From Nitrospirota bacterium (lineage in GTDB: Bacteria > Nitrospirota > UBA9217), in contig CAVWHO010000020.1 of NCBI GenBank assembly GCA_963754875.1, forward strand, positions 288,001-352,000: a stretch of 64,000 nucleotides of DNA, read 5' to 3'. Under the pieces are notes generated by a model, which ran no database searches, had not been told where the DNA came from, and saw only the letters and a list, made by a program, of their open reading frames with translations. A program made the translations under genes and the position numbers. Shown here in pieces: positions 19,603 to 29,307 of the stretch (positions within the stretch are counted from its first letter, which is position 1; each line of letters begins with the position of its first letter).

Positions 19603-20952
19603 ATGAGAAAAAAAGTCGTAGAAGGGTCGGTTCTTTTTATCAGCATACTGAAGTGGTTGTTTCTAGCGACCTGCATCGGGGTCATTGTCGGCTTGTCGAC
19701 AGCGGCGTTCCTGAAACTGCTCGGCCTGAGCATCTCCGCAACGGCGCCGCATCATTATTATTTTCTTTTTCTTCCGGTGGCCCTGTTCCTGAGCGCCCTT
19801 GTAGTGAAGGTCTTTGCACCGGACGCCGAAGGGCACGGCACGGAGAAGGTCATCGAAGCGGTGCATCGGCACGCCGGTAAGATGAACGCCCTGGTCGTGC
19901 CGGTCAAGCTGGTGGCGACCGTCATAACGATCGCCTTCGGCGGGTCGGCCGGGAAAGAAGGTCCGGCCGCCCAGATCGGGGCCGCGATCGCGTCAACCTT
20001 CGCCCGGTTCCTGCGGTTTGGAGACCAGGACCGCAAGAAGCTGGTCATCTGCGGCATCAGCGCTGGGTTCGCCGCGGTTTTTGGAACGCCGATCGCGGGC
20101 GCCCTCTTTGGGGTCGAGGTCCTCTTTGTCGGGGCTATGCTGTACGATGTGCTTCTCCCATCCTTTGTCGCGGGTATCGTTGGATATCAGGTTTCATCTG
20201 CGCTGGGGGTCACGTACTTTCATGAAGCCGTCTGCATCGTTCCGGCTTTCAGCAGTTATTTCTTTTTTAAAATCTGTCTGGCCGGCCTGTTTTTCGGCTT
20301 CTGCTCGCTTATCCTCATAGAAACGATCTACTTTGTCGATAAACTGAGCCATCGACTGAAGATCGGGAAGCCAACCAAGGGTTTGATCGGCGGTCTGGCA
20401 CTCATTCTTCTTACCTTTCTTTTCTCTACGCGTTATCTTGGCCTCGGCCTTGAAACGATAGTGGGTGTGCTGCAGGGAGGTTCGGTCCCTGATGGAGCAT
20501 TCCTGATTAAGATGCTGTTTACAGCGATCACGCTTGGTTTCGGCGGAAGCGGCGGTATTGTCACTCCCGTCTTTTTCGTCGGCGCGACTGCGGGCAGCGT
20601 TTTCGGCAGTTTCCTCGGTTTCGATATGGCGCTGTTTTCCGCCATTGGCATGGTCAGCCTGCTCGCTGGCGCAGCGAACACTCCAATTTCCGCGAGCATA
20701 ATGGCGATCGAGCTTTTCGGGCCGCAGATCGCTCCCTATGCCGCAGTGGCCTGCGTTATCAGCTTTCTCATGACCGGCCACAGGAGCGTCTACCCGAGCC
20801 AGGTCCTGTCGCTGGCAAAGTCGTCGTCGCTCACCGTGGCCAAAGGCAGCGAGATGCGGGACCTGGGAGACGTCGTGTTCCATCCCAGAAAGAAAAGCGT
20901 CAGCGCCGGCATCATGAAAGGCATTGAAATGCTGACAAGGAAAAAGAAGTAA
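19603..20952 (+). CDS. ClC family chloride channel/transporter
   Basis: GKEGP, FGTPIAGALF and GGSGGIVTP motifs; many TM segments. Confidence 0.92.
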   Translation: MRKKVVEGSVLFISILKWLFLATCIGVIVGLSTAAFLKLLGLSISATAPHHYYFLFLPVALFLSALVVKVFAPDAEGHGTEKVIEAVHRHAGKMNALVVPVKLVATVITIAFGGSAGKEGPAAQIGAAIASTFARFLRFGDQDRKKLVICGISAGFAAVFGTPIAGALFGVEVLFVGAMLYDVLLPSFVAGIVGYQVSSALGVTYFHEAVCIVPAFSSYFFFKICLAGLFFGFCSLILIETIYFVDKLSHRLKIGKPTKGLIGGLALILLTFLFSTRYLGLGLETIVGVLQGGSVPDGAFLIKMLFTAITLGFGGSGGIVTPVFFVGATAGSVFGSFLGFDMALFSAIGMVSLLAGAANTPISASIMAIELFGPQIAPYAAVACVISFLMTGHRSVYPSQVLSLAKSSSLTVAKGSEMRDLGDVVFHPRKKSVSAGIMKGIEMLTRKKK

Positions 20953-21170
20953 CAACCTATTCTCAAATAATACCGTAATGTTGCCTTGCGAGAAGATGCC
21001 TTGACTCAGGCTGACGGGGCATCCTTCAGCCACGCGCACGCCCGTTGACTGAAAATTCAACTCGTACCCTGTGTTTACTTACGGTACGAAATCTGCTACC
21101 TTAAATAAAGGACCGTTGACGCGGAATTAATTTCTTCCGCGCTGGACGAACTTTCTTTCACGGGGGGGAC

Positions 21171-21428
21171 ATGATCACGCTGATCTTCGTTATCATTATA
21201 ATCGTGGCTGTTGCAGCTTTTTCAGCGCAAAACGCTACACCGGTCGCGGTCACCTTTTTGCTTTGGCATTTTGAGGCTTCGCTTGCTCTCATTATCGTGT
21301 TGTCTCTTCTCGGCGGCATGATCATCGGCATGGCTTTGCTGTCGTTGCTCCGCCTGCGCCGGTCCGTTCGGGCAAAGAGGAAAGCGACTACCGACGCGGA
21401 TAGTGCCGGCGCTAATAAACCACGGTAA
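21171..21428 (+). CDS. LapA/DUF1049 family small membrane protein
   Basis: FSAQNATPVAVTFLLW between two TM helices. Confidence 0.82.
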   Translation: MITLIFVIIIIVAVAAFSAQNATPVAVTFLLWHFEASLALIIVLSLLGGMIIGMALLSLLRLRRSVRAKRKATTDADSAGANKPR

Positions 21429-21458
21429 CATGCAAAAACGACAAGGAGGAACACGCTT

Positions 21459-22502
21459 ATGGACACCGCCTCTATGAAGTTCCTTGTCCCCGCGGCGACA
21501 GCCCTGGGGTGTATGCTTATCCTGCTTATCTTCAGGTCCGTTATTTTCCGGTTCCTTCATGCCTGGGCGAAAAAAACCACGACACAGATCGACAATATCA
21601 TCATCGACTCGACCAAAAACCCCTCAATACTCCTCGCAGTGGCGATTGGCCTTCATATCGGCCTGGCCTTCTCTGACCTTCCCGAGAAGCACATGGAGTA
21701 CCTGGGGAAAATCCTTCATGTCATCATCATCCTGTCTGTGACTGCTGCCGCCGCTACCCTGGCCGGCAGACTGTTCAGGAATTACGTCCAGAAGAGCAAC
21801 ATCCCCATTCCCACGACGGGCCTCGCTTACGGCATTCTGAAGGGGACGATCTTCGTCATCGGCTTCCTGATAATCCTGACCGACCTCGGGATATCGATCG
21901 CCCCGCTGATCACGGCCTTGGGAGTCGGCGGACTCGCCGTGGCCCTGGCGCTCCAGGACACGCTGGCAAACCTCTTCGCAGGCATCCACATCCTCATGGA
22001 AAAGTCCCTCAGGATCGGCGATTTCGTCAAACTCGAGACGGGGCAGGAAGGATACATCGACGACATCACCTGGCGGACGACACGGATCCGCATGCTCCCG
22101 AACAACATGGTCGTGATCCCCAACAGCAAACTTGCTCAGAGCGTGGTGACGAATTACTACATGCCGGAAAAAAGAATGTCGCTTCCCATCTCTATCAGTG
22201 TAAGCTACTCGACCGACCCGGAGCAGGTGGAAAGCATTTTAGTTGAAGAGGCAAAGAAGTGCTCAATCGATGTTCCGGGGCTCCTTGCAGATCCCGAACC
22301 CTTCGTGCGGTTCATTCCCGGGTTTGGAGCGAGCTCTCTCGACTTTACTCTTAACTGCCAGGTGGCCGAGTTCACGGACCAGTACCTGGCCCAGCACGAG
22401 CTCCGGAAGCGGATCTTCAAACGCTTCAAGGAAGCGGGCATCGAAATTCCCTTCCCGCACCGGACCGTGTATGTCCGCGAGGAGAAGGAGTGGCGCAAAT
22501 GA
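21459..22502 (+). CDS. MscS family mechanosensitive channel
   Basis: ALGVGGLAVALALQDTLANLFAG, RIGDFV, IPNSKL and GIEIPFP motifs. Confidence 0.95.
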   Translation: MDTASMKFLVPAATALGCMLILLIFRSVIFRFLHAWAKKTTTQIDNIIIDSTKNPSILLAVAIGLHIGLAFSDLPEKHMEYLGKILHVIIILSVTAAAATLAGRLFRNYVQKSNIPIPTTGLAYGILKGTIFVIGFLIILTDLGISIAPLITALGVGGLAVALALQDTLANLFAGIHILMEKSLRIGDFVKLETGQEGYIDDITWRTTRIRMLPNNMVVIPNSKLAQSVVTNYYMPEKRMSLPISISVSYSTDPEQVESILVEEAKKCSIDVPGLLADPEPFVRFIPGFGASSLDFTLNCQVAEFTDQYLAQHELRKRIFKRFKEAGIEIPFPHRTVYVREEKEWRK

Positions 22503-22637
22503 GCAGGATGCCGGCTAATGCGGAGGGCTGCGGTAAACAGAATGAAATGATGGTCCGCGGAATTCAACGAACCGCTCACGATGGACCGGAATAAAAAAAT
22601 CTTGTGCCGAAAAAGATACTATGCTAACATAGGGGCC

Positions 22638-23096
22638 ATGCAGTGGAACGCAAAACGGATAGTCCGTATTTTTTTCCTTTTTCTCTACGCCCTCTACGCC
22701 TTCACGCCCGTCCATATGTACGCTATGGCGGGGGGCGGCGGGACCCGCAGCCTCCTTCATACGAGAAAACACGCTTCCACGGACATCGTCTGGGCAAACG
22801 TCCTCTATTCCTTTCTGGTCGATGACGACGATACGCCGCCCGCAGGCGTCGGAATCTCCGCCGATGCATCGCCGGACGGCGACGTGGTTCTTGTCAAGAA
22901 AAGACGCGCTTTGTTGCGGGAACAGTTCGACATCAAACCGCTGTTCGACATCGAGATGCTGCCCCCCGGCGGCCTGGAACGCACACCGTTCACTTCCGCG
23001 GAGTATGAAACCGCGAAAACCCCGCTCCTGCGGGAAACTGACGTTTGTCTTGTCCTCAACGCCGGCCTCTCTCCCCCGTCTCTCATTCTCTCATAA
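22638..23096 (+). CDS. Hypothetical exported or membrane-anchored protein
   Basis: N-terminal hydrophobic segment; ends NAGLSPPSLILS; TTGTGC-N17-TAACAT promoter-like sequence ends 7 nt before the ATG. Confidence 0.65.
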   Translation: MQWNAKRIVRIFFLFLYALYAFTPVHMYAMAGGGGTRSLLHTRKHASTDIVWANVLYSFLVDDDDTPPAGVGISADASPDGDVVLVKKRRALLREQFDIKPLFDIEMLPPGGLERTPFTSAEYETAKTPLLRETDVCLVLNAGLSPPSLILS

Positions 23097-23594
23097 GCCT
23101 CTTATCCATCATACATGCCGCCGCACGGTATGTCGACATCGCGCCGGGACCGCATCGTTTCCCGGCGGAGTGACCGTCGTCGCGCGCGGCGTGGCACTTT
23201 TCCGATAAGGAACATTGATTGCCGATATGTCCCTTTTACTCACAGACCAGGTGGAGGCATATTGCACTGAGTCTTTCCTCTGCCGGCAGTTTCAGGCAAA
23301 GGTCCCTGGGTCGATGTTTCGAAGATGCTGAAGGGGGTGAGGATTTTGAACGTCTTTTTCCTCGAGTACATCGTTCTTTTCGTCATAGTGTTGGCAGCGG
23401 GATGTAAGGTGCTGAAAGTATTGCGCGCCGACGGCCGTAAAGGGGACCCTCCGGAGAAAATGGTTTCCAGGAAAAATCGCACAGGATAGACGGTGACTCG
23501 GAATAGCAGGGACCGGCAAGATTTGTTACGGAATATGTGACAAGAGAAACCGTGTCCCGTAAGAGGGTGGGGGATTGACTTCACGCTGAGCGAG

Positions 23595-25094
23595 GTGTGC
23601 ACGTTGAGAAAGGTACGCGCTTTCATGAGTTCGTTGAGTTCGTTGTTTTTTACATACGGAGCGGTCATGATGTTTGTTGCGGCAGTCCTGGGAGGGCTTC
23701 CGGTAAAGGCCCTGGCTGCCGGCAGAGACGGGAATGTTCCTGCTTCGCTCACCCTGGGAACGAAGCCTGGAGCAACCGCAAAAAAAGAGCCGCGGGCCGC
23801 AATTTCCGCAGAGCCGGAAACGCGCAAGAGCGCAGACGAGGAAACAGCGGCGCCAGCGCAGGGAGACCGAAACGAAAAAGCTGCTCCTGCGGGAAGGGTG
23901 GAGGACGGTGAGCGCAATCTGGACGATGCATTGAACCGTATCGAAGCGGCCTGGGAAGCCTGGACGGGCGGCGATGAGGAAAAGTCCATCGAGGCGCTGG
24001 ACCAGGCCTACGCGCTCATCCTGAGGGTTGGCGCAGATAACCAGAGCCTCGCCCGCCAAAAAGAAGATATCCGCCTGACCATCTCCAAGCGCCTCATGGA
24101 GATTGATGCTTCCCGGCATACTGCTGCCAAGGGCAACCACAAGGCAATACCCTTGACCATCAACAAGTACGTGGAGCGCGAGATCGGCCTGTTTCAGGGA
24201 AGAGAACGCCGATTTTTTCTTGAATCCTACAGGCGTTCCGGAAAATATCGCGGCGAGATCGTGAAGGCTCTGAAGGAGGCCGGCCTGCCCGAAGAGCTCT
24301 CGTGGCTGCCGCTCATCGAGAGCGGTTTCAAGATAAGGGCGCAGTCGCCCGCCCGGGCACTGGGACTCTGGCAGTTTGTCCCCTCGACGGGTTACAAGTA
24401 CGGCCTCAGGAGGAACAAGTGGATCGACGAGCGACTCGACCCGGTGAAGTCCACGAACGCCGCCATCGCCTACCTGACTGATCTGCACGAAATCTTTGGG
24501 GATTGGGCCACGGTACTGGCAGCCTACAACTGCGGCGAGGGAACGGTCCTGAGGGCGATTAACCGCCAAAAAAAGGGCTACCTCGACGACTTCTGGGACC
24601 TGTATGAACGGCTGCCCTACGAAACAGCCCGTTACTTCCCCCGTTTCCTTGCCGTGCTGGCGATCCTGAAGGACCCGTCCCGATACGGCTTTACGCTGGA
24701 GGAGCCGAATGACCCCGAGCCTCACGAGACGCTCGCTATCAAGAGCTCCCTTCCCCTGAGAACTATAGCGGAAAAGCTCGGCGTGCCCTTTAAGGACCTT
24801 GAGGACTTGAACCCGGAGCTCCGCAGGTACAGAACCCCTGCAGGGTCTTATTCCCTCAAGGTACCGCCCGTAAAGACAGCTCTTCTTCTGGTTGCAGCGG
24901 ATGCCCAGCCGGAGAAGTTCGGTCTGAAGAAGGCCTACGTGTATCACCGCGTCACATCCGGAGAAACCCTGTCTCTCATCGCAGTGCGGTACCACACGAG
25001 CATAAAGGCCATAATCGAGATGAACGGCATCGAGCAGGCGCGTTACATCCGCGCCGGGCAGAAATTAAAGATACCGCTGGACGATGTCTCTTGA
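23595..25094 (+). CDS. MltD-type lytic transglycosylase with LysM domain(s); start uncertain
   Basis: LPLIESGF, ALGLWQF and AAYNCGEG (SLT domain); YHRVTSGETLSLIA...GQKLKIP (LysM). Confidence 0.9.
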   Translation: MCTLRKVRAFMSSLSSLFFTYGAVMMFVAAVLGGLPVKALAAGRDGNVPASLTLGTKPGATAKKEPRAAISAEPETRKSADEETAAPAQGDRNEKAAPAGRVEDGERNLDDALNRIEAAWEAWTGGDEEKSIEALDQAYALILRVGADNQSLARQKEDIRLTISKRLMEIDASRHTAAKGNHKAIPLTINKYVEREIGLFQGRERRFFLESYRRSGKYRGEIVKALKEAGLPEELSWLPLIESGFKIRAQSPARALGLWQFVPSTGYKYGLRRNKWIDERLDPVKSTNAAIAYLTDLHEIFGDWATVLAAYNCGEGTVLRAINRQKKGYLDDFWDLYERLPYETARYFPRFLAVLAILKDPSRYGFTLEEPNDPEPHETLAIKSSLPLRTIAEKLGVPFKDLEDLNPELRRYRTPAGSYSLKVPPVKTALLLVAADAQPEKFGLKKAYVYHRVTSGETLSLIAVRYHTSIKAIIEMNGIEQARYIRAGQKLKIPLDDVS

Positions 25095-25257
25095 CGCAGG
25101 AATAAATTTATAGGTCTACAAAGATGTTTCGTCCACAAGGACACTCTGGTGGCATAAGCGACCGTGTTTCAGAAATTGGACGCAATCGGCCGCAAAAAAT
25201 ATTCTGTTTTTGTTTCTCTCTTACGCCTTGACGCCGGTTTCCATGTAATTCCAATCC

Positions 25258-25374
25258 GTGGACGATCCGGCCAAGTTCTTCCAGCTCTACCAAGTGCTCA
25301 GGAACGAGAGGAGCATCAGCATCGACCTGATCCGGATAGGACAGCGCCAGACACTGAACTACGAGATTCTTTGA
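25258..25374 (+). pseudogene. C-terminal remnant of type II secretion protein GspC (end of PDZ domain)
   Basis: VDDPAKFFQLYQVLRNERSISIDLIRIGQRQTLNYEIL*; in-frame TAA at 25246 and no N-terminal part. Confidence 0.6.
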
Positions 25375-25546
25375 CTCTGCCACAGATGCCAGCAATACTA
25401 AAGAAGGCTATAACGGCAACGGACAGATCGTACCCCGGCCGACAATGGAGGAAAAGATACCCGCAACGTTTCGTATCCGGGCGAGGTCTGCTAAACTTAA
25501 ATAGAAGCGAGGCGGATGAGTGGTACTTTTTGCGGAGGAAGAAGCT

Positions 25547-26212
25547 ATGAGCGGGTCCTTTGAATTCAAACAGTGCATAACGATGCTCAAGGCCACGGGG
25601 AAAAAGGCGCGAAATCTGCGCGAGTTCCGCGACGCCCTCGCTGCGGTAAGCAAAAGGTCAATCTTTCACCATACCTATCAGTACTTTTTGAAGGGACATA
25701 TCCTGGAGTACACAAACGACTTTGCCCACTGGGCCGGAGAAAGCCTGGAGGCACGTGCTTTGTCCGAGCATCTCTCGAACATCGATCCCTACGACTTCAG
25801 TGATATCGAGGATATGAGGAGTGCCCTGGTGAAGGCCGTCGACGAGTACCTTGAAATGCTTCCTGAGCCCCGCGACGCCATGCCGGGAGATGAATTTTAT
25901 TTTAACGAGACAATAAGCTTCGTATTCCCCGCAGGCGTGCGGGCACGGAACCTGGCCGAGTTTTTGATGGCCGTCAAATACGTGGACGGCAGCTCGCTGT
26001 ACTACCACTTTTTCGACGCGAGGCAGCGCCTCGGTGGCTCTGATGAATTTTCGATATGGTTCGAGGAAGCGCTCGGGAAAAGCGGCCTGGCGAAACGCGT
26101 CCGGGAAATCGATCTGTTCATGCACAGCCTTGAGGGAATCCGCGAACGCATTGCCGCGGCGGTCGAGGATGAAGTGCGGCGAGACATGGAAAGTATGGGG
26201 GTAGCGCCGTGA
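25547..26212 (+). CDS. DUF5752 family protein
   Basis: Internal duplication (SIFHH...NDFAHW and SLYYHF...DEFSIW); GTGA overlap with the treT-like gene. Confidence 0.8.
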   Translation: MSGSFEFKQCITMLKATGKKARNLREFRDALAAVSKRSIFHHTYQYFLKGHILEYTNDFAHWAGESLEARALSEHLSNIDPYDFSDIEDMRSALVKAVDEYLEMLPEPRDAMPGDEFYFNETISFVFPAGVRARNLAEFLMAVKYVDGSSLYYHFFDARQRLGGSDEFSIWFEEALGKSGLAKRVREIDLFMHSLEGIRERIAAAVEDEVRRDMESMGVAP

Positions 26213-27420
26213 TCGGTCAGTATAAAGGCATATCACCGAAAGGCGACCTGGCGCTTCTCCAAAAGCTTGGTGATGCATTCAAGGGGAGATCGTTCCTCCA
26301 TGTCAACTCTACCCGCGAAGGCGGCGGGGTTGCCGAGATCCTGCACCGCATGATCCCGATCCTGGGGGACCTCGGCATTAACGCGCGCTGGGAGGTCATC
26401 AAGGGCGACGCGAAATTCTACGACACGACGAAGAAGATCCACAACGCGCTCCAGGGCAACGAAGAGCATTTCACCGCTGCGATGTGGGACCATCACTTTG
26501 AGGTGAACAGGAACAACGCTGGAAAGCTCGACCTCGATGCGGACGCGGTCCTGATCCATGATCCCCAGCCCGCGCCGCTGGTGGACTTCAGAAAAAAAGG
26601 CGTCTGGATGTGGCGTTGTCATATCGACGTATCGAATCCCCGTGCCGATGTGTGGAACGCCATCAAACGTTACACCGAACACTACGACGCCGCAATCTTT
26701 TCTGTGGCGAAATTCGCCCGCTCCATGCCTGTTGACGAGTTCATCATCCCGCCGTCCATCGACCCGGTGAGCGAAAAGAACAGGGACCTTTCCCCTGATG
26801 AGATCAGCGAGACGGCGAATAAATTCAGCATCCCCCGGGACCGGCCGGTGCTCCTTCAGGTTTCACGATTCGATGTCTTCAAGGATCCCCTCGGCGTGAT
26901 CAAGGCCTACCGCATGGTTAAAAAGTACAACGACTGCGTGCTGGTCCTGGCCGGGAGCCCCGCCTCGGACGACCCGGAAGGCGAAGCGGTGCTGGCTGAG
27001 GTGCGCGAGTATGCGGCCGGGGACCCGGACATCATCATCCTGCTTCTGCCGCCCTTCAGCGACAAGGACATCAACGCACTCCAGCGCCTATCCACAGTGG
27101 TGCTCCAGAAGTCTCTCAAGGAAGGCTTCGGGCTCACCGTGTCCGAGGCCATGTGGAAAGAGAAGCCCGTGATCGGCGGGGCCGTGGGCGGTATCCCGAC
27201 GCAAATCGTCCATGGGGTCACGGGTTTCCTCGTCCACTCTCCCGAAGGCACGGCGTTCCGCATTCGACAACTTCTGAACAACCCCGACATGGCGAAGCGG
27301 ATGGGCGAAAAGGGAAAAGAGTACGTGCGCAACAATTTCCTCATCACGCGGCAGGTACGGGACTATCTCTCCGTCTGGTACGCAGCGGAACATAAGGGCA
27401 GGAGCGTGCTGGAGCTGTAA
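26209..27420 (+). CDS. treT: TreT-like trehalose synthase (GT4 glycosyltransferase)
   Basis: HVNSTREGGGVAEIL, IHDPQP, WRCHID, SRFD..KDP and EGFGLTVSEAMWK motifs. Confidence 0.88.
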   Translation: MIGQYKGISPKGDLALLQKLGDAFKGRSFLHVNSTREGGGVAEILHRMIPILGDLGINARWEVIKGDAKFYDTTKKIHNALQGNEEHFTAAMWDHHFEVNRNNAGKLDLDADAVLIHDPQPAPLVDFRKKGVWMWRCHIDVSNPRADVWNAIKRYTEHYDAAIFSVAKFARSMPVDEFIIPPSIDPVSEKNRDLSPDEISETANKFSIPRDRPVLLQVSRFDVFKDPLGVIKAYRMVKKYNDCVLVLAGSPASDDPEGEAVLAEVREYAAGDPDIIILLLPPFSDKDINALQRLSTVVLQKSLKEGFGLTVSEAMWKEKPVIGGAVGGIPTQIVHGVTGFLVHSPEGTAFRIRQLLNNPDMAKRMGEKGKEYVRNNFLITRQVRDYLSVWYAAEHKGRSVLEL

Positions 27421-27462
27421 TCGGCAACAAATCGACCGACCGGAAAAGGAGAAAAACGTACT

Positions 27463-29307
27463 ATGCGGGCAGGCGCTCTTTATCACGGGGAGGGTCGCTG
27501 CGAGTTCATCGTCTGGGCGCCGCTCCGGAAAAGCGTTGAGCTGAAGATCATCGCGCCTGCAGAACGGATGGTCCCGTTGGAACGGTCGGAAAAAGGTTAC
27601 TGGCGCGTCGAAGTCGGCGATGTTTTTCCGGAAGCGTACTATCTCTACCGCCTCGATGGAGAAAAAGAACTGCCTGATCCGGCCTCACGATACCAGCCCC
27701 AAGGCGTTCACGGACCTTCGCAGGTCGTCGATCATTCCTCCTTTCCCTGGGAGGACGACGGAGGGAAAGGACTTGCCCTTCCGGATTACATCATCTATGA
27801 GCTTCATGTCGGGACCTTTACACAGGAAGGGACGTTTGATGCACTCATTCCTCGTCTTGGTTACCTCAAAGAACTCGGAATCACGGCGATCGAACTCATG
27901 CCGGTGGCCCAGTTTCCCGGGATGCGTAACTGGGGATACGACGGAGTCTATCCCTATTCGGTCCAGAACTCCTACGGCGGCCCTGAGGGCCTCAAAGGGC
28001 TCGTGAACGCGTGCCACCGGAAAGGCATCGCCGTGGTCCTCGACGTGGTCTACAACCACCTTGGTCCCGAGGGGAATTACCTCTGGGACTATGGCCCCTA
28101 TTTTACCGACAAGTACAAAACACCCTGGGGAGACGCGATCAACTTTGACGGGCCCTCCAGCGACGAGGTGCGGAACTATTTCATCGGGAGCGCCCTCGCC
28201 TGGGTGACGGACTATCATATCGACGCGTTGCGTATCGACGCAATCCATGGCATCTTCGATTTCAGCGCCAAACACTTCCTGCAGGAGTTGGGAGAAGCGG
28301 TTCGTGCCCGTGCCGAAGAGCTTGGCCGGAAGGTGTACGTCATCCCCGAGAGCGACCTGAATGACGTCCGGGTCATCAATCCCGTTGAGATGGGCGGCTA
28401 CGGTCTCGATGCGCAGTGGAACGATGATTTTCACCATGCGCTTCATGTCCTGCTTACCGGTGAGCGCCGGGGCTATTACGGGGATTTCGGAAAGATCGAT
28501 CATCTCGAAAAAGCGATCAGGGAGGGGTTCGTGTATTCCGGCCGATATTCCCCGTTCCGCAAACGCAGGCACGGGAGTTCATCAAAAAGCCGGCCTGCTC
28601 ATCAGTTTGTCGTCTTCTCCCAGAACCATGACCAGGTGGGAAATCGTCTGATGGGAGAGCGGCTGACCTCACTCGCGACATTCGAACAGCTCAAGCTCGC
28701 AGCAGGTGCCGTTCTCCTGTCGCCATTCATTCCGCTCCTGTTCATGGGCGAGGAGTACGGCGAGACGGCGCCCTTTCAGTATTTCGTGGGCCACGGCGAC
28801 AGGGATCTTATCGAAGCGGTGCGCAGGGGCAGAAAAGAAGAGTTCAGGACCTTCGGATGGGAGGGCGAGGTCCCGGACCCACAGGCGGAAGATACGTTCC
28901 TGAAATCAAAAATCGACTTCGAACTTCGTCAGCATGATCAGCATCGGACCATGCTTGGTTTCTATAAGGAGCTACTCCGAATGCGGAAGGAAACGGTATC
29001 TTTGAATAATCTCAGTAAAACAGACACGGAGATCAGGACCTTCCCGGCGGAGAAGATGCTGTTCGTACGGCGATGGCAGGGTAGCGAAGCAACCTTTAGT
29101 GTTTTCAATTTTAGCGAAGATCAACACGCTGTTCCCCTGATCCTGCCGGAGGGACTTTGGGAAAAGATGCTGGACTCCTCAGAAATTCGATGGGCCGGGA
29201 CAGGCAGCTGTGCGGAAGCGAGTATTGATGCGCGAGGCCGGGAGGTAATTGGCTGCCTTAAGCCGCACAGCTTCGTTCTCTACCGGTCTGTCAGGGGGGC
29301 TCAATGA
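27463..29307 (+). CDS. treZ: Malto-oligosyltrehalose trehalohydrolase
   Basis: YELHVGTFT, RNWGYDGV, DVVYNHLGPEGNY, LRIDAIH and QNHDQVGNR motifs. Confidence 0.96.
   Translation: MRAGALYHGEGRCEFIVWAPLRKSVELKIIAPAERMVPLERSEKGYWRVEVGDVFPEAYYLYRLDGEKELPDPASRYQPQGVHGPSQVVDHSSFPWEDDGGKGLALPDYIIYELHVGTFTQEGTFDALIPRLGYLKELGITAIELMPVAQFPGMRNWGYDGVYPYSVQNSYGGPEGLKGLVNACHRKGIAVVLDVVYNHLGPEGNYLWDYGPYFTDKYKTPWGDAINFDGPSSDEVRNYFIGSALAWVTDYHIDALRIDAIHGIFDFSAKHFLQELGEAVRARAEELGRKVYVIPESDLNDVRVINPVEMGGYGLDAQWNDDFHHALHVLLTGERRGYYGDFGKIDHLEKAIREGFVYSGRYSPFRKRRHGSSSKSRPAHQFVVFSQNHDQVGNRLMGERLTSLATFEQLKLAAGAVLLSPFIPLLFMGEEYGETAPFQYFVGHGDRDLIEAVRRGRKEEFRTFGWEGEVPDPQAEDTFLKSKIDFELRQHDQHRTMLGFYKELLRMRKETVSLNNLSKTDTEIRTFPAEKMLFVRRWQGSEATFSVFNFSEDQHAVPLILPEGLWEKMLDSSEIRWAGTGSCAEASIDARGREVIGCLKPHSFVLYRSVRGAQ

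Noticed and set aside
21120..21141. CGCGGAA...TTCCGCG inverted repeat, with similar words near 22557 and 32362, as a shared operator
   Set aside because: Spacing and right arms differ between the sites.
23325..23489. 54-aa ORF MLKGVRILNVFFLEYIVLFVIVLAAGCK... with a hydrophobic stretch
   Set aside because: No clear RBS or family match; it could be a remnant but cannot be supported.
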